From Balanoglossus misakiensis (lineage: Eukaryota; Animalia; Hemichordata), in contig CM082589.2 of the NCBI GenBank assembly GCA_040954595.2, positions 648,988-712,987 on the forward strand: a DNA stretch of 64,000 nucleotides. The letters run 5' to 3'. The translations under genes and the position numbers were made by a program. This document shows positions 29,012 to 40,550 of the stretch, piece by piece (position 1 is the stretch's first letter; the number at the start of each line of letters is the position of its first letter). Below the pieces are notes generated by a model. That model did not search any database, was not told the DNA's origin, and saw only the letters and a list, made by a program, of their open reading frames with translations.

Positions 29012-30484
29012 ATCTGTCACTCCGTGTTGTAAAACAGACCTGGTGTCAGTTTCTCGACATGTGCGGCAGTAATAAAACCAAACCAAGCAAATACCACACA
29101 ACGGTGAGAGAGGCAACCGAACTATGTCAAAAACACCAACTGTTCTCGAGGACCACTCGGACAAGAAGAAGAACGTGATGGTTAATGCAAATATCATTAT
29201 CACCAGTAAATGTACAGGCTCTACCACCGGAAACATCAGCCACGGCTGAGTGCCAGGCCATCTCCCTCCACTCAATTGCTCACTGAACCATAAGACACCG
29301 ATGCGAAAAAGTCGGGCGATAAATAGTTCGCAAAATGCTTTTCGTAAGTTCGCCCCAATCTACAATTAGGCTAATTGTACCACGAATGGCAACATTCACA
29401 TTCGCATCGTTTCCTAGACACGTCGTCGAAAATTTCTTTGACAATGTTTACAAACATTGAACCCTCCTCTTTGTCCCTTTAATTTAATTTCATTCAAAGG
29501 GTGGCCTTTATTTTTGTGTACTTCGCAATGAAAATGGCGATTACCATGGAAACCAAGGATACACATGACAGAGCGAAAGAGAGGTGTCAGACAGATTGGA
29601 CTCTGTAAACACAGACAAAAAAAATCAATCCTACAAACTAAAGTAAGCTTTGGGATTTATCCAAAAGTTGAACTTTTGGACAGATGGTTCATAGTGGGCG
29701 AGAGGATCGAACCGGATATTGAGTTTATTGTACCGCGTTAAATCAATGGGGGAGCAAGACCGAATGAGTTGGGCTTGTCACCGAACAAAGACAGGACGGT
29801 ATTTTAGTCCAAACGATCGTGGGCCCTTCTTAGCCGCTTAATTGTTGGCAGCCATGAGATCAATGATTCTCATTACCATACAGGTGCAGCGCACAGCCGA
29901 TATCTCTTTCCTATTGTTGTTCTTTCCATATCACCAGTTTCGTCGCGTGGGGACCATCGCCAGACACGCGACGCACTTGCGACGCGAAGTTTGTGGAATT
30001 CCTAAATTATCAATAAAATTAAGTCCAGAACGAGGAAACATGAAAGCTCCTGGTCGTTGCCGTTGGATCAGCACTTAAAAGAATTCATTCATAACATTGT
30101 CGTCGATTTGTTGGGTGAATTTCCACCCTTACAGGAATTCAATAGACCCCACAAAGCGTCTATTGTCTGTCTTTTGAAAGCCAGTTATCGGTGTGGTAAA
30201 GTTAGGCAGTATTCTCTCTTGTAGTACATGGAGGGCGCTATTGATCATTCGAAATTTTTTGGATGGCATTTACAATTTCGCCGAACTGTTCAAGGCATTT
30301 ATTGATAGTGATGAGATGTGAGGGTTTCTATGACAACGAAAACGAGGATGACGATGATGACTCACAATATGGATTATGATGAATGGACAGCTATGACAAA
30401 CATGAAGATGACAATGTCCATGATGATGGCGTCCATGTCATAACTGTCATATAAACTACTGGTACATGTATATATACAGTGTGT

Positions 30485-30593
30485 CAACAACAACAACAAC
30501 AACAACAACATCACCACCACCACCACCACCACCAACAAGAAACAACAAAACCACCACCAACAACAACACCGTGACCACCACAACATCACCACC
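30485..30593. repeat. (CAA)n/(CAC)n trinucleotide microsatellite, preceded by degenerate (TGA)n
   Basis: Directly visible. Confidence 0.9.
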
Positions 30594-30732
30594 TTACTAT
30601 AGTTGCAAATAACAATGGTCATGTTGATGACATCACGAAAAGACAAATTTAAGTTTTGTAGTTGTTCATGCGTATTTATTTTCATGTTCAGTTAAAATCT
30701 TCTAAGTACACAGTATATCCTACATGGTTTAG

Positions 30733-31047
30733 TTAAGCAATAAAACACCCCCAGCCATGGTATACCACGAGATTTTGACCAGTTCACGACATATACGCAC
30801 GAGCGATAGCGAGTGCGTATATGGAGTTGAACTGGTCAAACTCGAGTGGTATACCATGGCTGGGGGTGTTTTATTGCTATTATATTATGCCAGTATATTG
30901 AAACTTTGCATAAAACTTTTTTAAAAGGCATTTTCTTTGACTATGATATATGACTGTGGTATATGGCTAATATATCACGGTCACGTGTCGTGTCTCAACC
31001 AATCAAATAGCGTGATTTACACCATCAATATACTGGTATAATATAAT
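30733..31047 (+). mobile_element. 315 bp non-autonomous double-hairpin DNA element (Crypton-like), copy 1
   Basis: 143 bp near-perfect palindrome 30736-30878 (AGCAATAAAACACCCCCAGCCATGGTATACC...GCACGAGCGATAGCGAGTGC...) abutting a second inverted repeat (30879-30901 with 31025-31047). Second copy at 53285-53599; no TSD seen. Family assignment is from recalled resemblance to non-autonomous Crypton elements. Confidence 0.85.
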
Positions 31048-31217
31048 TCTTGATAGAGACTGTTTCTAACCCTTTTGGATACATATGACTGTGGTATATG
31101 GCTAATATATCACGGTCACGTGTCGTGTCTCAACCAATCAAATAGCGTGATTTACACCATCAATATACTGGTATAATATAATTCTTGATAGAGACTGTTT
31201 CTAACCCTTTTGGATAC
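30948..31217. repeat. Tandem duplication, 2 x 135 bp
   Basis: 30948-31082 and 31083-31217 read identically; the unit comprises the last 100 bp of the element plus 35 bp of flank. Confidence 0.93.
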
Positions 31218-31289
31218 ATCACAATACACCCTGCCCTCATCTATAAAGTCGAAAAAACTACACAACTGAAGCAACTCGTGTTTTACTTC

Positions 31290-33779
31290 AGCTCATATCT
31301 CATTTATTTATTCTGATTCAAGTTGTCTACAAAGGAAAGGCGGACATAAGCAAATACAAATCATCTAACCGATGTTTATGGTGACTTAGCCTGTAATATA
31401 AACCACAGACTGTCATCGCCATGACAGAAGAATCATGACCAATAACAAGTCATTTTCACTGCAAAACAAAACAAAACAAAACGAAATAAGATAAGTGACT
31501 TTTCAACTGATAATTTTGAACCAATTTTTAAAACCTGTATCAAATTTTACATGGTATAAGAAAAAAATATACACAAGTATTTGCATGAAAACAAAAGTCT
31601 AACACAAAAAGGAAATACATGTAAGAGCTTTTGTGAGGATCAGTGAATGTGGAGGTCAACTTTGATCAGAATGAAGATTACAAGTTGCGGAAGAACAAAT
31701 TCTGGAAGAGCTGAAGATGTGACATAATCCTAAAAGGTTCTGTACTAACCAGAAGTACATCTGGCTGGAAGTGCAATGCTTTCACCCCTATCTCCTAATG
31801 TAGAGGTCCAGCCACACTGGTGACAACAGGACTGCACCATTACACACTTAGGTAAATTTGCCACAAGAACAGAAGAGTATTTCCAAAGACATTTCTCTAT
31901 TTGCAAGGTGAATTAATGAGCACAGAATTCAATAAAATGAGGTTCTATACATGAAGAAAAAGGGAACACGACAAAAAATAAGTAATTTCTAAAGTAACCA
32001 TGGTAACCACTGTATATATTCAAAATATTCATTATTAATAAAAAAAAATCAATGAAAAATAACGTCATTTTCTGACTATTTATATGCCACTTGACAAAAC
32101 AAAAGGAAAACAACACTTCATATAAAAAAGAAAGCCCCAAAATGGTGGGATTTTGAAGCAGTAACTGAGGTTTATATACAAAACAAACACATGGAATTAT
32201 GGGATGTGGAACCAACTTGGAATGGGGAAAAGTGTTGCTGTTTAAAAACACACTTGCCCAAGTGTCAAACAATGAGCCCTTTATATGATCTGATGCAGTA
32301 TTCATGAAACAAATTCTCTCTTTTACAAGAAATCCCAGTATTTCAGCCCTTCTTTGTAAATCTAAGTACATTTAATCATCATTTTTCTCACAACAATAGA
32401 AAACCTCATACATACATGATCCTTACTGTGCAGTTACAAAGTTGGCATATACATTGGCATGCACACACAGATTTCTTTTTAATTCAAGACATCACATGAC
32501 CAAACATGAGAACTTCCAAAGTTTAAAAACAAATGTCTGCCCCTGCAAGTCTAAAATTGTTCCCCACCTGTGTGAATGGTTTCTCCCATCTAATCTTTGT
32601 AATTGGGTCAGCCCATCATGGATAGGAGGGATGACAGGGGGTCAAATATTACCGTATTTACGTTTAAAAATCTTCTACCCTGACCTAACATTAAATATTG
32701 TTCTTCTTTATCATCAGTAAGTATTTTGAATCTAATATTTATTTCACAGAATTTGTTTGGCACATTAGAAATACTCCAAGAAGAAAATGTTTTCCAGACA
32801 AAAACATGATTATCAGAAAGGAAACTTAGTTTCCCATTTTGAACTGTAAGATTTTTTTACAAAAATACCATAGAGAGAGAAAAAATCAGTCTAGATGCAA
32901 TCAAGGGCAATTTGCGAAACTACGCATTTGGCAATAGAAAAACAAAAGACGATGCCATCACGTAACTACAGAGGGCGCACCCCGATCATGTTTTATGTAG
33001 AACCTTTGAAATTTCACTGTCATGATTATGTAATTGATATCAATGGTTTTTTCAATGAAGTTTATCTTTAAAAATACATGCAGAACCTTTCCTTCTGACA
33101 TGTATGAGTCCAGGCAAAGAAATTGTGAAACGCAAAAGAGTATGAGATATGTGCAGACTTTTATCACATAGGGTCAGAAAAGAGTTTCTATAACGAATGA
33201 AAAATAATGAGCATTGGAAAGAAAGGTCAATTTGTCCTTGTAAAATATTCTTTTGCAAAACAAAATATTGTACATAAAAGTTGACTGGGTGAAAATTATT
33301 CTTTGCTTGCATAATAACTTGTAATTATAAGAATGGAAACTGATACAAAAATAACAAGTGAAAATTTATACATTCTTTGTGAATTTTTATTTCCATGTCT
33401 TTGCAGCACTGACTTCTAGGAGGTCACAGTTCATGTGAGCCCTCCAAGCTATGTCACCCCAAATGCTAAATGGAATAATCCTTAGCTATTAACATCCCTT
33501 CCATTAAAGATGGAAGTAGGGGTGTCTAGCTGGGACCACATGTAACCCGGCAACGCAAACGTTGCTAGAATATCAACCAAATCCCCTCCAATCCCACATT
33601 ACATGTACCTACATCCATGAAGTTCTAAAGTCATAGTCTCCATGGTAACATTAAAAAAAATATCGGTTTTCTTGACCAGAAAAAATTGTTACTATATACA
33701 TTAAAATCTAACAATTCTACTTCGGTACTCTGAAACGTGTCACCATGCCAACAAATCTGAGAATCTTGAGAACACGTTT
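31290..33779 (-). other. CYRI: Probable long (~2.5 kb) U-rich 3' UTR of CYRI with alternative poly(A) signals
   Basis: T-rich on the sense strand. AATAAA on the - strand at ~33386, ~32738 and as an overlapping pair at 31303-31312, the last followed by GT/T-rich downstream sequence. Confidence 0.55.
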
Positions 33780-33914
33780 CTATGACAACATGGCTTTAAT
33801 GGTTTTGGGGGTACCATCATCATTGAAATGCTTGGAAGTGTATCTAAGAGCGTTCAACAAACCTTCCACTTTAGTCGGTGGTTGGTCTTTCAACACTTTT
33901 ATACAACCTTTAAT
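33780..33914 (-). CDS. CYRI: CYRI terminal coding exon ([44 protein letters not shown])
   Basis: 135 nt, pyrimidine-rich ttccAG acceptor, TAG stop at 33780-33782. Confidence 0.96.
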   Translation of the reverse strand: MKGCIKVLKDQPPTKVEGLLNALRYTSKHFNDDGTPKTIKAMLS

Positions 33915-36725
33915 CTGGAAAGAAGAAAGTGAGAGAGGCAACAATGTAAGAAAAATGAAAATAAAAAGTAACATAAATATGACAGATGAAAATGTAAAGT
34001 AATATAAACACAAAATGGATGACACTGAAAAGATCACACACACTCAATAAAATGCCAGTCCATGCCATTTCGCATAAAGCTTCTTTTTTTTTTGGGGGGG
34101 GGGGGATTACGCATCTAGATTGATTGATTGAATCTGTTGATCAACACTACAAACTTATTTGCCTATATTATATCCACCCTGGTCTTTGGGAGGGGGGGGG
34201 GGTTGTTGGGATGTGTGTGTATGCGTGTGTGTGTGCAAACTGCAAAAACTTGAGCACAGCTGCATATTTGTGTACTTACATCTATCGACGACTTTTTATC
34301 AAAGGCTCCAACGGGATGAACATGGTCATAAAGAATGATGACACCAACCATCACTCGAAGGCAGAAAAGAACTGTGTCTTCATTTTCAAAACGTTTATAG
34401 TGAACCCTGGTCAAGAAATAACACAAATCACCCGGTATTGGCTTTAAGTTGGCAATACCATGATATCCTGAGCTATCTGTTTCTGTCAAGAAATCAAAAG
34501 TTGAAAACCATTTACTAAACTTGTAATAGTATCTTAAGTAGTACTTACTCATGTTCTAACATTGTTTTGCAGACAGCTGCCATGGTGCTTAGCAAGTCAG
34601 TTGTGTTCTCAATGGGCAGGTTCTTGTTCTGAAATGAAGAAACAAATATGCATTAACATTTAACATTTTCAGCAATACTTCTGCTCCCACAAAATATCAC
34701 ATATGAACTGCTATATGAACCCGTAACAATTCAAACATTGAATACACTTGATTAAAATAAACGTGCTCAAACCTCACGCTACTTTTATCACATGGCCACA
34801 AGATGGCGCACTTCACTCACCTCCGCCACAAACCTAGTCGTAGCATCACTCAACATTTTTAACATCGGTGTTGCCTGGGCATAGAACAGTGACATCCGAT
34901 TGGCTACTTCATTGTTGACGTCAAATGGATCACCTCCTGCATTATCCTGTAATCATGAACATTTTCACAAATTTCAGTCATTTCCAACTTACAATATTAG
35001 CTATGATTTTGTCAATTGTAACTTTACCAGTCTGGGACCAAAGTATGAGCAGTGATATGCTCAAGTGGTCATTCAAGTCATACTACACAAGATCCACGTA
35101 CTCATGATGTACTTTACTTTGTATACCAGACAACCAGCAAGCCCTCACCTGATTGGCCATTTTCATTCGACTGAGCGTCCTCCTGTAGTAACTGAAATCA
35201 TTCTGTATTGCAGGATTAATCATCTGTAAATGATCAAATAAAACAAACAAATAAACAGCCATACAAACAAATAAATAAAAACAATGGAATCACTCATGGT
35301 GCCAGATATTGAGACGAGATTTTAGGCAACAAACACTGATCAACAAACTGACATTGATTCTGAGAAGTAACAGATATCTTTGTTTGGACGACACTATAAG
35401 TGCTTTTGAAGATGTTTCTATTTACCTTAAGTTCATCAAATTTCAATGTGAAGTGGAGAATTTCTGCAAATTGTTTGGCCAGTGCTTGTTGTGTTTCCAG
35501 ATGTTGTGTTGGAGTGAGAGGAGGTGCACACAATGCATGGAGCAACTGTGGTACTACAGCATCTGTGGAAATAAAAAAAAAATCAATTATTTATCATATC
35601 TTGTAGATTACTTCTGAAAATGACAATGATCAAGCACATTACCAGAGGTTGCATATGTTCTTGCTTTTGAATTAGTGAAATATTGGAAACTTACCTAAAT
35701 TTGACGAATAATCATAATATTTTTTAAGCCTAGAAACCAGAGGACCTACAGCATTCCACGCTAATTGTTGTAGGTCTCCATTACTTGGATTTGATATCGC
35801 CTGTAATGTTGAAAGAGATCAAATTTAGTTATGAAGCTATGTGTGTTGAAAGAACAGTAGTTGTGCACTCTTATTGGCTGGAAGAATTCAGCTGACCATG
35901 CATAATTAGCATCTATTGGTATCTATAAGCAGCAATGTACCAGAGAGTGGAAAACTTCATTTTCATATAGATTTACAGAGAATTTTTTCCGAGGGTTGTC
36001 TGTGTTCACTTTGCAACGAAGATCATTTGAATGAAAGTTGGCATATGCAAGAAAGGTTAGCCACATGCGGGCCAATCATGTTCTGATCTACACTACACCT
36101 TTGAAAAAAGCGAGGGTATGATTACTCACATGTCTGATTTCTTCACCAGCACCGTGATATCGTTGTAAATCTTCTAATATTCTGTCAGAGTACACCAAAA
36201 CACTATTGACCACCTGCCAGACGTCAAACTCTGGATGTGTGGGCTGTGCATCTGGTCAAAAGTAAAAGAAAGATTTTCATTGGATGCTGTTACAGTTATC
36301 AATGTTGCGTTCAATCAAATCATACATTAAACCACAAATTCAAAACGAAATAAAACACCGTATAAAAGTTTTGTATATTTACCGCTACTTGTAACTAAGG
36401 GCAGATTAACAATGACACAAAATGATTAATTTCCTGATTGTGGAATTTTATCAGCCTTAAAGTTTTCCCACCTGGATTGACCTCAATTGATCCCTGCTAC
36501 AAACAGATGATGACTTGATCAATAAACGTCTCACAAATGTGTTAAGCACAAAGTTCATAAGAGACTTTCTTAGTCTAGTGTCAAAGGCCAGATGCAATTT
36601 CCAGTGGAAGAACTGTAAACCTACATGTATTAACAAAACATCGGTCACTTACTTTCAAAATCTAAAAAAATGTCAATCTTAGAAGCACTGTCATCCTTGG
36701 AGAGAATCTTCAACAGGTTGCCCAT
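33780..36725 (-). CDS. CYRI: CYFIP-related Rac1 interactor (CYRI/FAM49 family, DUF1394), 326 aa; join(complement) 36653-36725, 36130-36251, 35695-35800, 35426-35562, 35149-35223, 34821-34946, 34549-34628, 34280-34406, 33780-33914
   Basis: Nine exons with GT-AG boundaries and compatible phases sum to 981 nt. The translation begins [29 protein letters not shown] and contains [49 protein letters not shown] and [12 protein letters not shown], all recognisable FAM49/CYRI signatures. Confidence 0.97.
34280..34406 (-). CDS. CYRI: CYRI coding exon 8 ([42 protein letters not shown])
   Basis: 127 nt, within ORF 34163..34552; ccAG acceptor and GTAAGT donor. Confidence 0.96.
34549..34628 (-). CDS. CYRI: CYRI coding exon 7 ([26 protein letters not shown])
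   Basis: 80 nt, tttcAG acceptor and GTAAGT donor. Confidence 0.95.
34794..34811 (+). promoter_or_regulatory. Near-consensus CTCF motif (GGCCACAAGATGGCGCAC) 10 bp inside a CYRI intron
   Basis: Matches the known consensus CCAsYAGrkGGCrs apart from one position. Confidence 0.6.
34821..34946 (-). CDS. CYRI: CYRI coding exon 6 ([42 protein letters not shown])
   Basis: 126 nt, ttacAG acceptor and GTGAGT donor. Confidence 0.95.
35149..35223 (-). CDS. CYRI: CYRI coding exon 5 ([25 protein letters not shown]), Rac1-binding segment
   Basis: 75 nt, ttacAG acceptor and GTGAGG donor; carries P150, R160 and R161. Confidence 0.96.
35426..35562 (-). CDS. CYRI: CYRI coding exon 4 ([46 protein letters not shown])
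   Basis: 137 nt, overlaps ORF 35294..35545; poly-T ccacAG acceptor and GTAAAT donor. Confidence 0.96.
35695..35800 (-). CDS. CYRI: CYRI coding exon 3 ([35 protein letters not shown])
   Basis: 106 nt, acAG acceptor and GTAAGT donor. Confidence 0.95.
36130..36251 (-). CDS. CYRI: CYRI coding exon 2 ([41 protein letters not shown])
   Basis: 122 nt, ttttgaccAG acceptor and GTGAGT donor. Confidence 0.95.
36653..36725 (-). CDS. CYRI: CYRI coding exon 1 ([24 protein letters not shown]); exon extends to acceptor at 36739
   Basis: ATG at 36725, tttgcAG acceptor 14 nt upstream, GTAAGT donor; 73 coding nt. Confidence 0.95.
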
Positions 36726-39700
36726 GGCAACAGGCTAGTCTGCAAATAAATATATAGAAAATTATCAGAATAATTATCAGTGACTGAGCGTTTCACACTA
36801 AAAGAGTTGAAAGGTCAGAGAACATCAAGGCATCTGGGTTATACAAGCCACAGATGTTTGCAGTGTCCGACAGAGGTCCACCTGAGGTCATCTCAAATCA
36901 CTGGACAACTGCTACCATGATAAAATCCCCATGGTGATAGATATACACAGAGACGTTATATCAGCAAAGTATTTTAAACAGTATCTGTGGTATTGCAAAT
37001 GTCTATACCTATACCTGCAGATTTGAAGAAAGGTATAAGAACAGACAGGCGATGTAAGACCTGAGATGTTAGCATCTCTGAGTCAGAAGTTTTCTGACGT
37101 ACTGACGTCATCTACAAAATGAGAACATCTCTACAAACAGAAACAAATCACGTTTACTGTCTCACCGGACTCTGACTCATGCCGGTAGTTGCTTTGTTGG
37201 TTGGAAGTGTGACTGACTTACAGGGGATTTCACCCAAGGAAAACCCCTTGCTTATTTACAGTAACATAATCCATACACACTCATTCTAAACAGACTGTGA
37301 TTTTGTACTAATCGTTCACTTCTCTTCCTACGCTTCTCATTTCCTACACAAAAACAAGTCCTGAAAACATAGTTCAGACTTCATGATCATTTCTGCTCTA
37401 AAACACAAGCCTTTACAACTTTCGTGTACTCAATAAGGATTCAGCAATTGGATTGGTGCTGAATGTTGCAATTTGCAAATGACCAATTCATCTTATTTTC
37501 TGTTCATTTGCATTTTGATGGCCAGAAAATTTAATTTGGATGAACCTCTGTAATAAGTGCATTTCAGGTGAAGGTCTCTGCATCGTATGTTTCCATGGTA
37601 ACTTTCTAGGAAAGATGTTTGCTTGAAGAAAGCCATTTACAGTTATTGTGGAACTAGACATCACGACGACTGTGTGGTTACTACATTTGCATAAATCCTT
37701 GGAATGACGAGAGATAATCTTGGAAAAAGCGGCAAATGAACTCGATTTTATGAATCACACTTGTCGACCTCGATCGCGATACCTGTATTGACTCATCAAC
37801 GAGGTCAAAGGCCACCAGCAAATACCCATGGGGCAACGCTCAAGTAAAAGTTCAACTTCAGGTCGTGACGAGCTTGAAAGAGCTGCAGGTTTTGCTCCGT
37901 TTATGCCTGAATGAACAAATCATATTCATTCGCACTGCGGACATTTACATCTAGATTGTATAGATTTCTTTCAGGGGCACAGGTCAAACTTGTCAGGTTT
38001 TAAAATACTCCTGTTCTGTTTGCCCAAAGAGTAGGATGGAAGTATCGCCCTGAAACCATCTTTTTCACGGACAGCTTGCTTTTGAAGAGAATAGCGCCCT
38101 CTAGACGATGTTACCAGTCAGGAAATCTAGGCCATGAAACTGTTTGTACAAGACCAGACAAGCTATTCAGCTGGTGAAGTTATTGAACTTTGCGCTCGCC
38201 AGCTTTTAAATCAATATAATAAATTGTCTCTGGGTAACAGAATAACAAGCTGGGATATCAACCATCAGTGTTTTTTACCGATACAAAATTTGCATTATTA
38301 TAAAGCGAGTGTTCAAAATCAAGATGTTGGATGTTTTAATTGGCAACCCAGGTTACCAATACAAGTCCTTAGCGACACTTCATATGTCTAGTTTTGTTTC
38401 CTTGTTGTTTGAAGGGTTGATTAGCTTAATTTACAATATTTTCTGAGCTTTTTGTTCTGTCTGCAGTGCATCAAGTTTGGTTCCTTTTTTACAAAGTGTA
38501 CATTAACGCTGTCTGTAGTGGCACGGTAGTCTTGCAAACGCACAGCTAGCGTAGTTTATGTTGGACAACTGAGGCACAGTGCCAGGTTTCTGTTATGTTT
38601 TATGATATCTGTACTTCAACTATGTAATCATTTTCTTTGACTTGTAAATCTGACGCAGACAGAGGGAGTGTGTGGTTCTGATCTCTTTATATGGTTAAAA
38701 CAAACTTGTGTGTACATTTCCAAACTGACGTTGGGTTAAAAGCACATTTTTCACTCCAAGTATAAAGAATGACGCAAGCCTTGTGAAACAAAAAAGCCCC
38801 CCACATCACTCAAGCTGACCCTACCGGTTCACTTACACTACTTTCCCATTAAGAACAATCTAATAACATGACCCACATAGGTCAGTCTAAAATTGGACCA
38901 TATCCCGGAATGAATAATTCAATTTGTTGCATATCAATAGAACGCCGCCAAATTTTCTCTGACACCACCTCTTGGGAATTCAAGCCTTTCTCCCGGAGTA
39001 ACATGCATGAGATAGTCGTCTGTATAGTCACCATGGTTATAATATATTACGGTTTTATTGACAGCATTCCAAAAGTACTTCACTTGACAACTGAATGATT
39101 CCTGTCAGCGGGGGTTATGCTACGGTACACTGCCTGGCAGCGGGTTATCTATCAGTCTGACTTCCTTGTCTGAAGGCTGTGTTGATGTGTCTTCTCAGAA
39201 TGTTTTGACGATGTTCGCAATACGTAAATGCGCTAATGTTCACATGTACAGGACTGAATCGATGATTTTACACTCACTGGAAGATCTAGCGAGACTTGGT
39301 TACATGTAAATACTATATGGGTTGCAAGCCAAGCTTCGTATGAAACTGGAACAGGTTCAGAGTCTACGAAAAATTCAAGGATTATGTGATCACGTCAATT
39401 TCAAACTTAATATTAAATAATTAACAATACAGATAATAGATTTCATTATTTTCTCAGTATCCATCTTGAATGGACTGAATAATTCATATCATACAGAACC
39501 ACATTTTCAATAATTCATAAACCCTGAAATAAATTGAGATTGATCACATTGATTTATCATGTAGCATCTTTTATGATGTGAGAAGAACATGGACAAAGTC
39601 ACAGAAGGTTACAGAGACTATTTGTGTCAATTTTTAGAAAAATCCACACGGTCTGTCAATATATCAATCACGCTTCCATCCTCCATATATCACAATGGAT

Positions 39701-39925
39701 ACAACGGACGTCTTAAAATAGAAAGTAGTACTGCACAGATGTGTTCAGGTCTACACTGAATGTAGATCTGTTGCTACTGATACTGGTAATGATGACGCCT
39801 ATTACATACAGTGTGAAATCAATATGTCCTTAGGTGACCTTTCATCTCAGTGACTACCAGTGCAATCTACATGTATGAATTAGAGGGAAACAGTCACCTC
39901 TCATTTACATATACCCAAATATGAA

Positions 39926-40042
39926 GTACAACTGAATACAATACAATACAATACAATACAATACAATACAATACAGTACAGTACAACACAATACAGTACA
40001 ATACAGTACAGTACAACACAATACAGTACAATACAATACAAT
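39926..40042. repeat. (CAATA/CAGTA)n pentamer microsatellite
   Basis: Directly visible. Confidence 0.93.
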
Positions 40043-40483
40043 GGATCTAAATGTTCTTGTAATCAGCAACTTCAAATCGTACAAAATCTGAAATGCTACA
40101 TGTACCATTAGGCAAAGTATGAGTTGGCATGTTGCCAAGGAGATTAAACTGTGCCGTTCATTTTAAAAGGAAATTAGATTTTTTGATGAGAAATATACAT
40201 TCCCGCGGTTTCTTTGCTTGTTATCTGTCCCACTTTGATCATCAAATTGCAATTATTATGGATGAAAGATTCCAGAAGGTTAATGCGTGTGGACATATCA
40301 TTGCAGATGTATAGAAAAACGTCTGACCTGGCCTAGATGTGAAGTCACGACGACTGGCGTCTTAGAGTAAACTTTGAGAACATTAACAAGTACGCTTTGC
40401 CTACTGTGTTCAAAGGTTTGATTTGTTTGTCTTTCATAGCTGGATGTTGTTGTTATGGGCTGTTCTGTCTCTGCTGATACAAG

Positions 40484-40550
40484 TATGTGTGTGTGTGTAT
40501 GTGTGTGTATGTATGTATGTATGTATGTATGTATGTATGTATGTATGCAT
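40484..40550. repeat. (TG)n/(TATG)n microsatellite
   Basis: Directly visible. Confidence 0.92.

Noticed and set aside
30374-30685. Hydrophobic 103 aa ORF with poly-V/poly-L resembling a membrane protein
   Set aside because: Antisense reading of (CAA)n/(CAC)n repeats.
1-30700. A myc coding exon inside the window
   Set aside because: No Myc box or bHLH-ZIP translation seen in the ORF track or by eye; myc is only predicted outside the window.
30736-30878. Pre-miRNA hairpin
   Set aside because: Part of a dispersed repeat present twice in the window; no conserved metazoan mature miRNA recognised.
31913-32371. 152 aa ORF downstream of CYRI on the same strand
   Set aside because: Low-complexity F/L/I translation of U-rich 3' UTR sequence.
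39905-40138. Cys-rich VLYC repeat ORF
   Set aside because: Antisense reading of a pentamer microsatellite.
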